Positions 10,885 through 24,320 of a DNA stretch of 64,000 nucleotides are shown piece by piece. The stretch covers positions 223,944,001-224,008,000 of the forward strand of contig OX597814.1 of the NCBI GenBank assembly GCA_951406725.2, written 5' to 3'. The notes under the pieces are model-generated. The model was not told where the DNA came from, made no database searches, and saw only the letters and a program-made list of their open reading frames with translations. Source of the DNA: Octopus vulgaris (lineage: Eukaryota). Made by a program: the position numbers and the translations under genes. The stretch's first letter is position 1. Every line of letters starts with the position of its first letter.

Positions 10885-11778
10885 CAAACACGGTAGCAAG
10901 CAACAGACAAAATACACACAAGATTGACTAATCGTAAAAATAAGTGGCAACTAATGGCATAGATAACACAATGTTTAAATAAATGTAACATTTTCTGCCT
11001 CTGACATTAATCTAGATATTTTATTAACCATGAATAATAAAGCTTATAAAAGATACTAATAAAATGTATCAGGTCAAAAACCTACTTAAGTCTATCAAAG
11101 AAAGTAACACCATAAAAATCTCTTATCATCATCATTATCATCATCATCATCTTTTACATCCAGTTTCCATGCTGGTATGGGTTAAATAGTTTGTCTGTCA
11201 CACACTGAGTCAGTTCTTCTTCACAATGGCTGATCCCTAGATGGGTCAGATGACCATGTCTTTCTTATATTTACATGTGATTTCTATGCTTGAGTGCCCT
11301 TTCAAATACCTAGAATTTTAACAGAGTCTACTGTGTGCATTGTACAATGACACGAACACTACTGAAGTAGCTGCTATAGTTATATTTTAAACATATTTAT
11401 TGGGATTAGAATTAGTTGAATACAGAGCCGAAAGCATGACTGATAAAGCCCAGTAAAATTTCATGACACAACTATTCTTGTCTTCAGTAATTTCTACGAA
11501 AATTTAACAGTGGGACACTAGTCCATGAAGATATCTAAAAACGAAAAAAGCCATGTGCTGGATGGAATAGAATAATAAAATGTAAACAATAAACCACTGA
11601 GCAAAGTCAAGTTCTGCTTGACTAAATATTTTCCCCTCTCTTTTGCAAAACATGCAAGGGGAACATTTGTAAAACAGCATTTAGTGAAAATGGTTAAGAA
11701 CCATTTGCCTTGCATGGTTTCTTTGTTACACGTGTATAAATTATTACTATAACTCACTATTACTGTGAGTGAACTTAC

Positions 11779-11796
11779 AAACTGCATTGGATCATT
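11779..11796 (-). CDS. Candidate 18-nt microexon of the laminin gamma gene
   Basis: Minus strand ...TGCATGcttaatgTGCtttagtttttAG|AATGATCCAATGCAGTTT|GTAAGT. Length is a multiple of 3 and the frame is open in phase 2, matching the upstream exon. No transcript support available. Confidence 0.35.
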
Positions 11797-13015
11797 CTAA
11801 AAACTAAAGCACATTAAGCATGCAGTAAAAGTTTTGAGTGTAGTTGCTTGCCCTGGGCCATCTTTCTTTCTCTGTACAGGAAGTTATAAAGTAATCAATG
11901 AAGGGGAGTAAAATAATATATCTTGAAGCAAAAAGGGTCTGCAATGTTAATTAGATCCTCCTTTGAACCTATTTCTCTTGACACTGATATACATCCTCAT
12001 GCAAAGCATAAAAATTATACTATCCATTTCTTATAATATTGAGCATTATACTAAGCAACAGAAACAAAGAATTCTGAAGAAAACTATCTTGTAATCATTT
12101 GCATTGAAATTATGTTGAGCAGAGTGATGAATATTGATCACTTCTGGAGACAATCAGTGGCATCAAAGAGCAGCCTTGTGCTCCAATTTCACCATACAAA
12201 TTTCATCAGGTGTGTTTGGATCTTTGTGTAGGGGAATTTATACCAAAGAGGAGAAATGTTTAGGTTGAATTTAGGCAAACTTTTATAAAGTTATTGCCAT
12301 GTGAAACCAGTAGTGCTTTCCTTGAAAAACATATTTGGTTGCATGTAAGCAACTAATATTTTTTTTTGTTAATATGTAGAAACATGAACCAACAAAAAAG
12401 CATTGATGCAATTGCTCAACCTGCCAGAAATAACCACTAAATTTACCTGAAATCATGATCTATTGTCTTTAAAAAAAAAGGACACACTGGATAATTTAAC
12501 CCAAGATAAACTGCACCATAAGAATAAAACAAACTGAATGGTGATTGTTAGAACCCTTTTGGTCAAAGATCTATTTTGATCTTTGAAACAGGACTAACCT
12601 GTGGTTAAACAACAATATATGGAAATCAGACCAGCAGCTTTCAATGCCATCTTATATTTGCTGCTTTTTTTTTTATTTTTTTTATTGGGTAAATAGCTTT
12701 GAATTTGAGAAGCTACATTTCAACTGGTTATTAAAGACAATTTTGGTTTATGCCAGGAATGAGAAATCGTTTAAATGCACAAGAATGGACATGTACCTAT
12801 GTGCATCTATAACTACATCTTTAGTGTTGGTTCAAGCTCCTTATGCTCTGAGTTCAAATCCCACCAAAGTCAGCTTGCTTTTCATCATTCCCTTGTGTGC
12901 GTGGAGGGGAAGACTCAGTAAAATTAAGAACCAGTCAAGTATTGGTGTCAATATAATTAACTATGCCCTTCCCTACAAATTTCTAGCTTTTGTCAAATTG
13001 TCAAGTTATTATTAC

Positions 13016-13056
<41 letters not shown>

Positions 13057-13524
13057 TTTTTATTATTATAACTACCACAATTATTACTATTTATTATTAT
13101 ATCCCTTTCATGGCTTTGCAAGTAATAATATAATAAAGGGGAAAGGGAAGTTCAGTTCAAGAGTTCCCCCAACTGCTCCATACAAAATATTAAAAAAAAA
13201 ATAAATAAAACACAATAATGAATGCCAAGCCAAAAGCAATAAATATTTTCCTTGAAGAACACTTAACTGTGAAGTCATTTATTTTCACTTATAATGAAGT
13301 ATAAAAGGTAACAAGCAAACACAAAACAAAGCAAAACCATGTGAAAATAGTTATTCCATTATTCTTCTTTCTGTCACTGGTTTCAGACAATGAGCTGTGG
13401 CCATGCTGGGGCATCACTTTTAAGTGTTTTGTTGATCAAATCAACTTCAGTACTTAAAGTTTAGAACTTATTCTACTGGTGTCTTTTTCGCTAAATTGCT
13501 GAGATATGTGGATGTAAGAGGTAA

Positions 13525-13850
13525 GGTAAAGACCCCCTTCAGTCATGAATGACCATGGAATTGCACCTAGAAAGTTCTCCTCTGAGGCAAGGTTGTTTAT
13601 GGAAGACCAGCAGTCGCCCATGCATACCAGCCTCCCCTCTCCGTGACATCGATGTCATCCCAAGGGAAAGGCAAAGACTGATACAGCTTGGTACCAGTGA
13701 TGTTGCAACTCATTTCCTACAATTAAGTGAACTGAAGCAACATCAAAATAAAGTGTCTTGCTCAAGAACACAACACAGCCCGGTCTGGATATCGAACACA
13801 CGACCTCGTGACAGTGAACCCAATGGTCTAACCACTGAGCCATACACCTT
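13525..13850 (-). mobile_element. tRNA-derived SINE (third family, CORE/V-like motif)
   Basis: Minus-strand head TGGCTCAGTGGTTAGA...GTTCGATATCC followed by GTGTTCTTGAGCAAGACACTTTA. Confidence 0.75.
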
Positions 13851-13874
13851 CATGTGGATGCAAACAAACCAATC

Positions 13875-14175
13875 ATCATTATCATCATCATCGTTTAACG
13901 TCCACTTTCCGTGATGGCATGGGTTGGACGGTTTGACTGAGGACTGGGGAGCCAGAAGGCTGCACCAGGCACCAATCTAATCTGGTAAAGTTTCTACAGT
14001 TGGAAACCCACCCTAACGCCAACCACTCCGAGACTGAAGTGGGGGCCTGTCAGGTGGTACTGGCATCAACCACGCGTGAATGGTGCTTTTTAACATGCCA
14101 CTGGCATGGGAGCCAGTCTGGTAGGACTGGCATCGACCACGCTCAAATGGTGCTTTTTACGTGCCACCAGCATGC
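13875..14175 (-). mobile_element. RTE-clade LINE 3' UTR fragment
   Basis: (CAT)n tail and two GGTGCTTTTTA..GTGCCAC modules. Confidence 0.75.
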
Positions 14176-14396
14176 CAATATCAGTTGTTAAAAGAAGGTG
14201 CATATACACACATGATAGACTTCTGAGCAGTTTTCATATAGCAAACTCGCACACGAAGCATCAGATAGCCAAGAGAAATAGATGACACTAGCCGAAAGTG
14301 CTCTACAATGGGACTGAACCTGAAACCATGTGGTTTGTACACCAAAATTCTTAACCATACAACCAAGGCTGTGTTTATTCAAAAAAAAAACATTAA

Positions 14397-14590
14397 GGAG
14401 ATGTACTTGCATAGCAAGGGACCTGATCTGAGATCGTGTATTGAAACTAAAACAATTGCAGCATGGAAGGTGTTTATAAGCCATTTAAAAAAACATACAA
14501 AAACTGTTAGATTCATTTCAACATTTAAATTTAATTAGTCAAAATATTTTTGTCGCTTTGAAACCATGACCTGTACACTGACAAAATTCC
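14397..14590 (-). mobile_element. Penelope-like pLTR fragment with G3-C8 hammerhead-like motif (14535-14585)
   Basis: Homologous to 2330-2620. Minus strand TTTGTCA-GTGTACA-G-GTCAT-GGTTTCAAA-GCGAC-AAAA-ATAT-TT-TGACTAA. Confidence 0.6.
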
Positions 14591-15249
14591 ATGCAAAAAA
14601 AAACCAGTTCTCTTCTTTCCATAATTCAGTCTTCTACAAAGTAACAGCTCATCAAGTTCCAAAGATTTTTAGAAGAGAGAAAGAGAGAAAGAGTGGGGGG
14701 TTGAGTAAGGAAGAGTTCATATAGCAGAATGCAACAGGAGAGGAAAGTATGTTTCAACACCAGCACAAACACCACAAAAAAAAAAGTCCTAAATTCTAGC
14801 AAGTCTTCAACTAGGCCATGATGACATTCCAATTTGATGTGAGGCAGTGATGTATCTATACATTTATTTTATTATTTGTTAAGGTTTCTCTTGTTGTCAG
14901 TAAAATATTTTAATTGGTGAAAAAGCAGTCTGCTTTGACTTAAGTGAAATCACAAAGGAGCCTGAAATGTATTCTATAATTGATATACAATAAATGGATT
15001 TAGTGAGAACCGCCAAGGCAAATGGAAAATCAGACAAATAAATAAACGGATAAATTAGTAAGCTATATTTTAAGCAGTAAAAATTTACTAATGTATTTAC
15101 ACACAGATGGGATGACAATGATAGGGGTGGATAGTATAGTACCATGGAATATCAAGTCTGATTTTAACTAAGAGAATTTGACTGTAAACTCTAAAATGTT
15201 TAAGGATTAAATTTGGGGCCATTGAAAGCTATACTCTCTTTTCTCTTTC

Positions 15250-15640
15250 TCTTTTACTTGTTTCAGTCATTTGACTGCGGCCATGATGGAGCACCGCCTT
15301 TAATCGAGCAACTCAACCCCGGGACTTATTCTTTTGTAAGCCCAGTACTTATTCTATTGGTCTTTTTTGCCAAACCGCTAAGTAACGGGGACATAAACAC
15401 ACCAGCATCGGCTGTCAAGCAATGCTAGGGGGACAAACACAGACACACACACACACATATATATATATACATATATACGACGGGCTTCTTTCAGTTTCCG
15501 TCTACCAAATCCACTTACAAGGCATTGGGTGGCCCGGGGTTATAGCAGAAGACACTTGCCCAAGGTGCCACGCAGTGGGACTGAACCCGGAACCATGTGG
15601 TTGGTAAACAAGCTACTTACCACACAGCCACGCCTGCGCT
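15250..15640 (-). mobile_element. CORE-like tRNA SINE
   Basis: Full-length copy of the main SINE family. Confidence 0.9.
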
Positions 15641-15958
15641 ATAGTTTTTTTTTTTTTTTTTTACAGCCAGACATCTGACTAGGGAAATGAAGAGAAAAAT
15701 TAACCCTAGTTTTAATCCCTGTGACAATTCGCAGTGAGCAGAGTTATGTTGTATTGTTGAAAGAACATTATAATGTCTGTGATTAAATAATAACTCATGG
15801 GGTCTGTAGTCAAATACTATGGCTTCATATAGCTACCAAGTAAAAGTTTGCCACACTAGTTTCCAAAAATATGCACTTAACTGTCTCCAACAAATCAATA
15901 GTTCATGGATTATTTGTCAAATCTATAACCTTATAAGTGTGTGTGCATGTGTATGTGT

Positions 15959-15992
<34 letters not shown>

Positions 15993-16867
15993 AGAAAAGT
16001 ATATATGCTGTTAATGTTTGCTCTCCAGAACCAATTAATTAGTTATGTATGGATAGATCTCTGCAGATACACTTAAATTTTTATATTTATTTCTTAAGAG
16101 ACTTGAAATTTTTTTTAAAGTGCACCATAAGTGGAATATGCCTAGTCTACAATAAAAGACTTTTTCCTCAAAATTTATCTTCATCTCACATACATGGCTG
16201 TGTGGTGTCACTACCCAGCACCTTGGGTAAATGTCCTTTATTACAGCCTCTGGCTGACTAATCTTGTGAAAGAATTCAGTAGATGGAAACCTTCCACCCT
16301 TCCTGTACTGCTGCTAACCACATCATCCTTCCTGAGCCACTCCTATTTCTTTTACTGACCCCCACCATCACCAAACTGATATTTACAGATAACCATACCG
16401 CCACCCTTGTTCACCATTCACTACCCTCACCTCAGCCCCCATCTCTAATCATCTGTGGCCCTCCTCTCACACTCTTACATACTTATGCAAACACCCACAC
16501 CAATCTTCTGTCCAAATTCTTTCCCATCCTCATATTCCTGTCTCCTGAGAGACATATACTCTGAGACCCCATTCCTACCATTTTTATCTCACTTTCCAGC
16601 TGCTCTCACCTTTCTATAACAAAGTTTTTTTGGGTTTTTTTTTTAACTCACTCTTTTATCTCCTTAGTTTCAGTCATTAGACTGTGGCCATGCTGGGGCA
16701 CTCGACCCCAGTATTTTTTTTCCTAAGCTTGGTATTTATTATATCAGTCTTTTTCTGTCAAACCGCTAAGTAATGAAGACACTAGTTGGGGACAAACACA
16801 AATACACACACACATACATAATACATACAGATATGTACACACACACACTCTCTCTCTCATATATATG

Positions 16868-17721
16868 CAGGGTGCGGTGAATAAACTGTTGTCTAAATTA
16901 CGCAAAAATGAAAATAACACTGACATCTCATTTTAACAAATAGATTTACCAAAATTACAAAAACATATCTTGAAGTACTAAAGAGTAAATTTATTCAATA
17001 AAATCGCCTTTGGCTTCAACCATGGCCCTCCAGATGACTTCGGAATCTTATCCAACTCTTCTGGATAATTTCCTTGTTTAAGTTGATGAATGCTGCCATA
17101 ATCCTTGCCTTCTGTTCATCTTTGGTGGTACTAGGAGTTTTGTTGGTCTCTCACACAAGTGCATCCCACACATAATAATCAAGGGGTTGCAGTCAGTAGT
17201 GTTAGGTGGCCAGATGTTAGGGGTGATGAGGTCACAGAAATTGTCTGACAGCCATGACTGGGTTCTCCTGCTTGTATGGCATGGTGCAGAGTCCTGTTGC
17301 CAAACATAGGGTCTTCTAATAGCCACCCTCTTGATCCAGGGCAGCACTTGATGTAGGCCTTCATGTTAAGCCTGAGGCCGTGTGGGAAGATGAATGGAGG
17401 CATAATGTTACCATCACTAGTGATCACTCCAAACACCATGATGTTGACTGGATGTTTGATTTTTATCACTCTCAATACTTGTCCTCAGATTAACACCCAA
17501 ACACTGAAATATTTGTATTGGAGTTTCCGATACGGATGCCAAGTAGTACAGCATGTTCTTTCCAAATTTCCGGTAGCATGAATTGCGTCATTGTGCTGTT
17601 TGTCTCACAGATGGTGCCCAGCTGACCCTACCATACTGTGTAGTCGACAAAATCAAAAACAAACAATGCATATGCCCAAAATTAAAAATATAATATTGCA
17701 ACAATTTACCCGTTGCACCCT
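16868..17721 (-). mobile_element. Tc1/mariner superfamily DD37D (maT-type) transposon remnant
   Basis: Frameshifted transposase: KHPVNIMVFGVITSDG..., QQD-SAPCH...WPPNTTDCNPL-(D)YYVW, with 37 residues between the last two Asp. Degenerate TIRs CAGGGTGCGGTGAATAAACTGTTG / CAACAATTTACCCGTTGCACCCT. Internally deleted. Confidence 0.85.
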
Positions 17722-18556
17722 CTGTGTGTGTGTATGTATACACACAATTATATATACACACACATATCTATATACATACATACATATATATATATATATG
17801 TATGTATATGTATATATATATATGTATATAGATATATGTATGTATACAGATATGTGTGTGTGTGTACACACACACACACACATATATATAACACATCTTT
17901 TCATTTCCCATCTACCAAATGCGCTTAAAAGGCTTTGGTTGGTCCGATGTCCAAGGTGCCATACAGTGGAACTGAACCTGGAACTATGTAGGTGTGAAGC
18001 AAACTTTTTACCACAAAACCATGGCCGTGCCTTATAAAAAAATGTTTAAAATATTCTTTTGAGGGTATGGAAATTCAGTTTTCCTCTGATGAGAGCATTT
18101 CTAGAGCTGAGGAAGAGTTAGAGAAAGAATTGGAAGTTTCAAAAATTCCAAGAATATAATCATCCAGTATAAAAATGTGTTGACAGTTTGTTATACAAAC
18201 CACATGCATACACCCACAACGAGAGAAGAATAATGTGAAGGGTGCATTTGAAGTATTTATCAGTAGTTTTGCTAAGTTGGGATGGGTCTTGATTAATAGA
18301 GATAGTAAAATTAACTAAAGAATTGGTAACCTAAGCATTTTATGTAGAAGTTTGTGTGAACCAGAAGATGCAGGGATGAGTCAGTTCATGTGTGTGAGAT
18401 TTGGTGTCGGTGTAGGTGTATAAGAAAGTTTGTGTGTGAGAATGAATATCCTGGCATTTTTGTGCTCCTTAAAAAAATTTCAAGTTTCCTCAGCAATTAA
18501 TATAAAAAATGTAAAACAAACAAACAGAAACTGAGCTTGGGTCGAGAGTGAATGTT

Positions 18557-18593
<37 letters not shown>

Positions 18594-18693
18594 ACACACA
18601 CATGTGTTTGTTTTTCTCTCAAGATTACAGGTAAGGCAAGTGACTGATGAAGATAAGTCAGAAAATTCAAGAACAAAATATTACAAAACTTAC

Positions 18694-18824
18694 CGAGCAC
18701 CAATAGCAATATCCGAAATGGCATAGAAGTAAGAACGTAAAACCTGTGGATCTCCAAATACTTCATCTCGGAAAGTATTTATTCTGTTCAATGTAATCCT
18801 TATGTCAGTGGCAGTGACAAAATC
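18694..18824 (-). CDS. LAMC1: Laminin subunit gamma-1 internal exon (C-terminal part of LN domain), 131 nt, phase 0/2
   Basis: Acceptor tctattttttccaaAG, donor CG|GTAAGT. Translates to [43 protein letters not shown](R), closely matching laminin gamma chains as I recall them (human [44 protein letters not shown]). Not in the ORF track. Confidence 0.95.
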
Positions 18825-20030
18825 CTTTGGAAAAAATAGAAGATAAAAGAAAAGATTAATAAGAATTGGTTTCCTAAACTATTTAAAAAAATCATTAATC
18901 AAAGGAATTAGGTTAGGTTAATGATTTAAGCATAATATTTAAATCTATTTTACGAACACCAGAGAGATATTTGGTGGTACTGACAAAAAGCTTATTGCCA
19001 AGAGATAAGAGGACAATCATGGACATGTGTTTCTGCTTCACAGACATCATCAGAACATCACCTGTCCAACATTGTTTCCAATAGCCAAGGGATTCGGACA
19101 TAAACAAAAAGAGTAGAACACATACATGGCCTTGGTAACTTGGATAATTTAAGCAACGATGAATTAAGAGAAATGACTCCGAGTGGCCATTTAACATCCA
19201 TTGTCCATGCTGGCATGGGTTGGACAGTTTGACCAGGGTTGGCCAACTGAAGAACTGCCCAGGTTTCATGTGTTGTTTTAATATGGCTTCTACAGTTGGC
19301 TGCCCATCCTAACAACATCATCCACTTTACAGAGTGTGCAAGGTGGCTTTTTACATGGAACTGCACAAGTGCTTTCACTTGGCACCATATGAGTGCTTTT
19401 TATGTGGCACCGACACAGGACTCTTTCAAGCCAATCCTCTTCACCAAGGGGAGCAGCCTTAAATGCCATACAACATAAATTCATGATTTATTAAATTTAT
19501 TAAAATTCCTCCACTGAAGCCTATCCAACACAGCCATATTTTTTTCTTCTCGTCACCCCCACTATCTTACCACCCAGTTTTTCTTCCACAATTCTTTCAT
19601 CCAGAATGCTAATTATTTGAAGGTAATATACATCATCATCATCATCATCATCATTTAACTAATTCAGCAAAGCAGAAGCTGTTATAGTTTCAATAGGATA
19701 CACAACAAAAGTGTGTTTGTAGGGTCAGTGGTTGTAATATATTGATGAGGGGCTGTTTATTTCATGCTTTATAAAGACTAAGCTTTCTCTTTACCCTCAG
19801 AATATACAATGTTGCAAATCTTTCTTCCTTCCTAAACTAACAAAAAAAAAAAAAAAATGAGGTATCATCCCTATGAGATACGAAGAGGTATAGCATATGT
19901 AGTGAATTTGTGAGGCTTTTCATTTGGACATAGCTTGAGAGAAAATAGCCAATTTCATAGAAACAAAGTAGAATATGAACTCATAACTTCTGTCCAAAAG
20001 CTGAGTACAGTCCACTTTATCTACTCAGAA

Positions 20031-20062
<32 letters not shown>

Positions 20063-21120
20063 CACAACAACAAGCAGTAGTAGTAGTAGTTATGTAACAA
20101 ATAGGCAACAAACAGAGACAAAAGAACATTTTCAAATGACAAAATGAAACATTTTTCAAAGGCATAATCTTGATGTTGGATTTGAAATGTTACTGGTTTA
20201 ACTTAGTTTATTGCCATTATCTTGTAAAATACAATAGAAGAATCTTTGCATAAGCAGCAGGTACACATATTGTTTGTAGACAAAAGAAAAAGGTGAAAAA
20301 TATTATAGGAATTTTATAGTATATATAACACTGAAACAAGACAGACATTATTCAAAATATAATTCATTTTTCTGAACAACTATGTTTTGTTCTTCTTTCA
20401 GGTAAAACTACATGCAGAGTTTAGATTTAAGTTGATAAAACTGTTGGAAGTGTAGATTAATATGGTTGGAGACACAAGCACAAAACAGTATGACCTAGGT
20501 TGTATTCAAGTCATTTCTGAGATATACAGATAAACAATATTCCTGTATTGTGAACACTATGTATCAATGACAGAACAAAAAAAAAATTTAATTAGTGAAG
20601 ATGATGATTTATAGACTTCAAAAGCAAAGCAACCTTTAGTTATATATACATGTTGTGTGAAGACAGTTAATACAAGGGAGATAATTATTTTTTGATAATA
20701 TTTGGTGGGACTAAAAGTTTAAATTGGAAATTAAGGAAACTAAAGAAAGAGATGCATAGAATACAGATATTTAATTTCTTTTTTTTTTATTGCTTGCATA
20801 TTACAAAGTCCTTAAAAATTCTAGGCAGTGATAATCATGCATAACACCATTTCATTCTTTTTAGAAATCATCAGCATGACAAATTAGGGACTACATGTTT
20901 TAAGCAGTAGATCTTTCAACAATGAAATGAGATGATCTTAGTAGCATGATAATAAAATAATAATCACTGTGGTGACATATCAAGATATATATTGTCTGCA
21001 ATAATTGCAGTGAAAGGCAGGAACAAAAGCAAGAGTAATTATAAGCAGACAAGAGTTGGAAATAACAGGTGTAAAGAGTTAAAAAAGGTCCTTCATATTA
21101 TTTTTCTTACATGTGTAAAA

Positions 21121-21505
21121 TCTTTATATATAAAAGTGAGGTTGTGTGCTGTCTGTCTCCTACGATTTAGATTCCTAACTACTCCCACATTTTGCGGTGC
21201 AGTTTAACCAAAACCAGGTATCTTATAGTCGTGATTCATATCGAGCCCTTCTGGGTATTAGCGCGCGTCTACGATTTAAAAAAAAATTTACCATCAAATT
21301 TTCCCATTTTTTATGCATTTTTGGCATATATAAGGGAAGTAACTCTCTAAAAATGTATTATTAAATCTCAGAATGTAAAAAGCTACAGTAACACCCTCCC
21401 TTTGTGGTTAGCCATATTGAGATGGCTATTATACTTTACATCTCTAAAAATGCTTATATAGTTATTTCCCTTACAAACCCGAGCAACGCCGGGCGATGCT
21501 GCTAG
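21121..21505 (+). mobile_element. Non-autonomous Helitron
   Basis: A|TCTTTATATATAAAAG 5' end, subterminal hairpin CCCGAGCAACGCCGGG, CTAG|T 3' end, no TSD. Near-identical copy at 32113-32507. Confidence 0.9.
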
Positions 21506-22636
21506 TATTTTATAAAGCGAAAGGAAGCTAAAAAAATCTATTGCCATCAATACTGAATTTTAATTAAAAATATTGCATCAGAAGAGCCACATGGCAATGT
21601 GATTACAATCAAGGGGAATTCTATCTTAGAATCTGTATGGCTTATAAATAATCCTTTTTTATTGTTTCTGTCATTGTCATATTGAATAATACTTAGCTAA
21701 TTTTCAAGTAAGTTTTAATTATCAGAATAACACCACCCTCTCCCCCTACACGATACGTACAATAGAGATAATTGACCCAACATGTTTAGAAACATATTTC
21801 CAAGTTGTGAAACGTGAAAGTTCAATCTGGTGAAGAAAAGAATGATAGAAAGAAAGAAAGAGAAATATCTCCTTTACTTGACACGGGAAGAGAATAAATA
21901 TGTAGAAAATGTCCTGAAGAATCTATCACCCAATGTATATTCCAGTTATTTATTAACAGCTGTTTTTGTAGTAGTAGTAGTAGTAGTAGTAGGAGGAGGA
22001 GGAGGAGGAGAGGGGGTGGTGGTGGTCACTGGAACATAATAAACTGAAACATCAAAAAACCAGCAAATTCAAAATGTAAGATATTTCAGCAACAAGAGAT
22101 AGCAATGAGTACCACTATGAAAAAGAAAAAAAAATCCCACTAAGTAGTTTTGATACCTGATTTGTGGTATTTCACTATATTTATGCAACTCATACCCGTG
22201 GGAAATCTATGAAAGACAAACATTCCCATTCCCCTTCTTCCCCTAACCTATAATGGCCTTTACACTAAGCAAAAAGGAAAAAGAAAAAATTAGCCAAGAT
22301 TTTCTATTAACAAAGATTACATGAATGATTGTATGTTTACCATTCTTAGTTCACAGCTGAAATAAAGTTTAATTGTGAAACTGTAACACAGTTTATATTA
22401 GAAAAATTCATTTTTTGCTTTTTATTTGTTTTCAAGATTATAGCCACTTGCAAAACTGAAATTTTAGTAATTTTTTAATACACACACACATACGTTTGTT
22501 ATAATGAGGTCAAACCAAATAGTAACATTTTGAAGTCCTTTAATATGTACATTTGAGGTCTGCATTAATATATCATAAGAAATGCATCCATTATATAAGC
22601 CCTTCCTTAGTCAAAACATTTCAAAATATGAAACAA

Positions 22637-22695
<59 letters not shown>

Positions 22696-23131
22696 GTATA
22701 TGTATATATAAGTTCAGTAAAATTTAGATTCAGTTGAATATGGTACTTAAGTCAAAGGAGCCAGAATTTGGTATGGTATTATCCATATAAATCAAAATGG
22801 GGTGATTATAATCAAAATAAGCAACAAGGATAACCAAAGGTGGTGTAGTATGATTGTTTCATTAAAATCAATGATAAGCAGTGTCTTCCTGTGAAAAAAT
22901 ATCAGTTACAACTATAATGTTGTCGATGAAACATGTCCTTGGACTATCTACTTATCCTCTTTCTGATTTTGATTAATAGAATAACTATACAAATGAATCC
23001 TTTGAATTTAACTAAATTCTATATTTTTATGCAGCTAAAGATTGCTCTATATTTCAAAACTGATGCAATATTTGCATTGTTCAATTAAATGGAGTCACAT
23101 GAAACAATCATACTGCATTACTTATTTTGAT

Positions 23132-23164
<33 letters not shown>

Positions 23165-23359
23165 CATCATCATCATCATCATTTAGCGTCCGTTCTCCAT
23201 GCTAGCATGGGTTGGACGGTTCAACTGGGGTCTGTAAAGCTGGAAGGCTTCATCAGGCCCAGTCAGATCTGGCAGTGTTTCTACGGCTGGATGCCCTTCC
23301 TAACGCCAACCACTCCGTGAGTGTAGTGGGTGCTTTTTACGTGCCACCCACACAGTACT

Positions 23360-23562
23360 CTCTTTTACTTGTTTCAGTCATTTGACTGCGGCCATGCTGG
23401 AGCACCGCCTTTAGTCGAGCAAATCAACCCCGGGACTTATTCTTTGTAAGCCCAGTACTTATTCTATCAGTCTCTTTTGCCGAACCACTAAGTGACGGGG
23501 ACGTAAACACACCAGCATCGGTTGTCAAGCAATGCTAGGGGGACAAACACAGACACACAAAC

Positions 23563-23597
<35 letters not shown>

Positions 23598-23766
23598 CAT
23601 ATATGCGACAGGCTTCTTTCAGTTTCCGTCTACCAAATCCACTCACAAGGCATTGGTCGGCCCGAAGCTATAGCAGAAGACACTTGCCCAAGATGCCACG
23701 CAGTGGGACAGAACCCGGAACAATGTGGTTGGTTAGCAAGCTACTTACCACACAACCAATCCTGCG

Positions 23767-23769
<3 letters not shown>
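23360..23769 (-). mobile_element. CORE-like tRNA SINE
   Basis: Full-length copy, adjacent to a minus-strand RTE tail at about 23163-23350. Confidence 0.9.
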
Positions 23770-23834
<65 letters not shown>

Positions 23835-23836
<2 letters not shown>

Positions 23837-24320
23837 AGTCCAATCTCAAATTGTGGAGGGAACTTGTGGGACAAGTAGACCCAGGAAGACATGAGACAAA
23901 GTAGTGAAGGATGGTCTTTGAATGTTGGGCCTCACAGAAGCAATAACAAGTGAGCGAGACCTTTGGCAATATGTGATGCTTGAGAAGACCCATCAAGTCA
24001 GGTGAAACTGTTGTCCAGGGTGATGCCGGTATTATGTAAAATGTACCCTTCAAACATGGGGCCTCATGGAGGCAATGATAAGTGACCAAGGCCCTTGGCA
24101 ATATACTATGCTTATGAAGACCTGTCAGGCCAAGTGAGATTATAGTCATGGCTGATGCCAGTGTTACATAACCGGCACCCATGTTGGTAGCACATAAACA
24201 GCACCCATTACACTCTTGGAGTGGTTGGTGTTAAGAAGGTCATCCAACCATGCCAGATCAGATTGGAACCAGGAGCAGCTCCCTAGCTTCCAGTTTTCAG
24301 TCAAACCGTCCAACCCATTT
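23835..24320 (+). mobile_element. RTE-clade LINE 3' end including ORF C-terminus
   Basis: Decayed frame VEGTCGTSRPRKT*DKVVKDGL*MLGLTEAITSERDLWQYVMLEKT (RTE-type GRPRKTW...DR..W motif) runs into the recurrent 3' UTR. Confidence 0.85.

Noticed and set aside
18086-18115. CTGATGA-GAGC as a hammerhead
   Set aside because: No GAAA box or stems I and III follow.
18694-18824. Netrin rather than laminin gamma
   Set aside because: [25 protein letters not shown] matches laminin gamma in length and residues; netrins have a longer, different loop.
22710-22960. Another PLE hammerhead fragment next to (TA)n
   Set aside because: Only isolated GAAAC half-motifs; no first core box or stem II.
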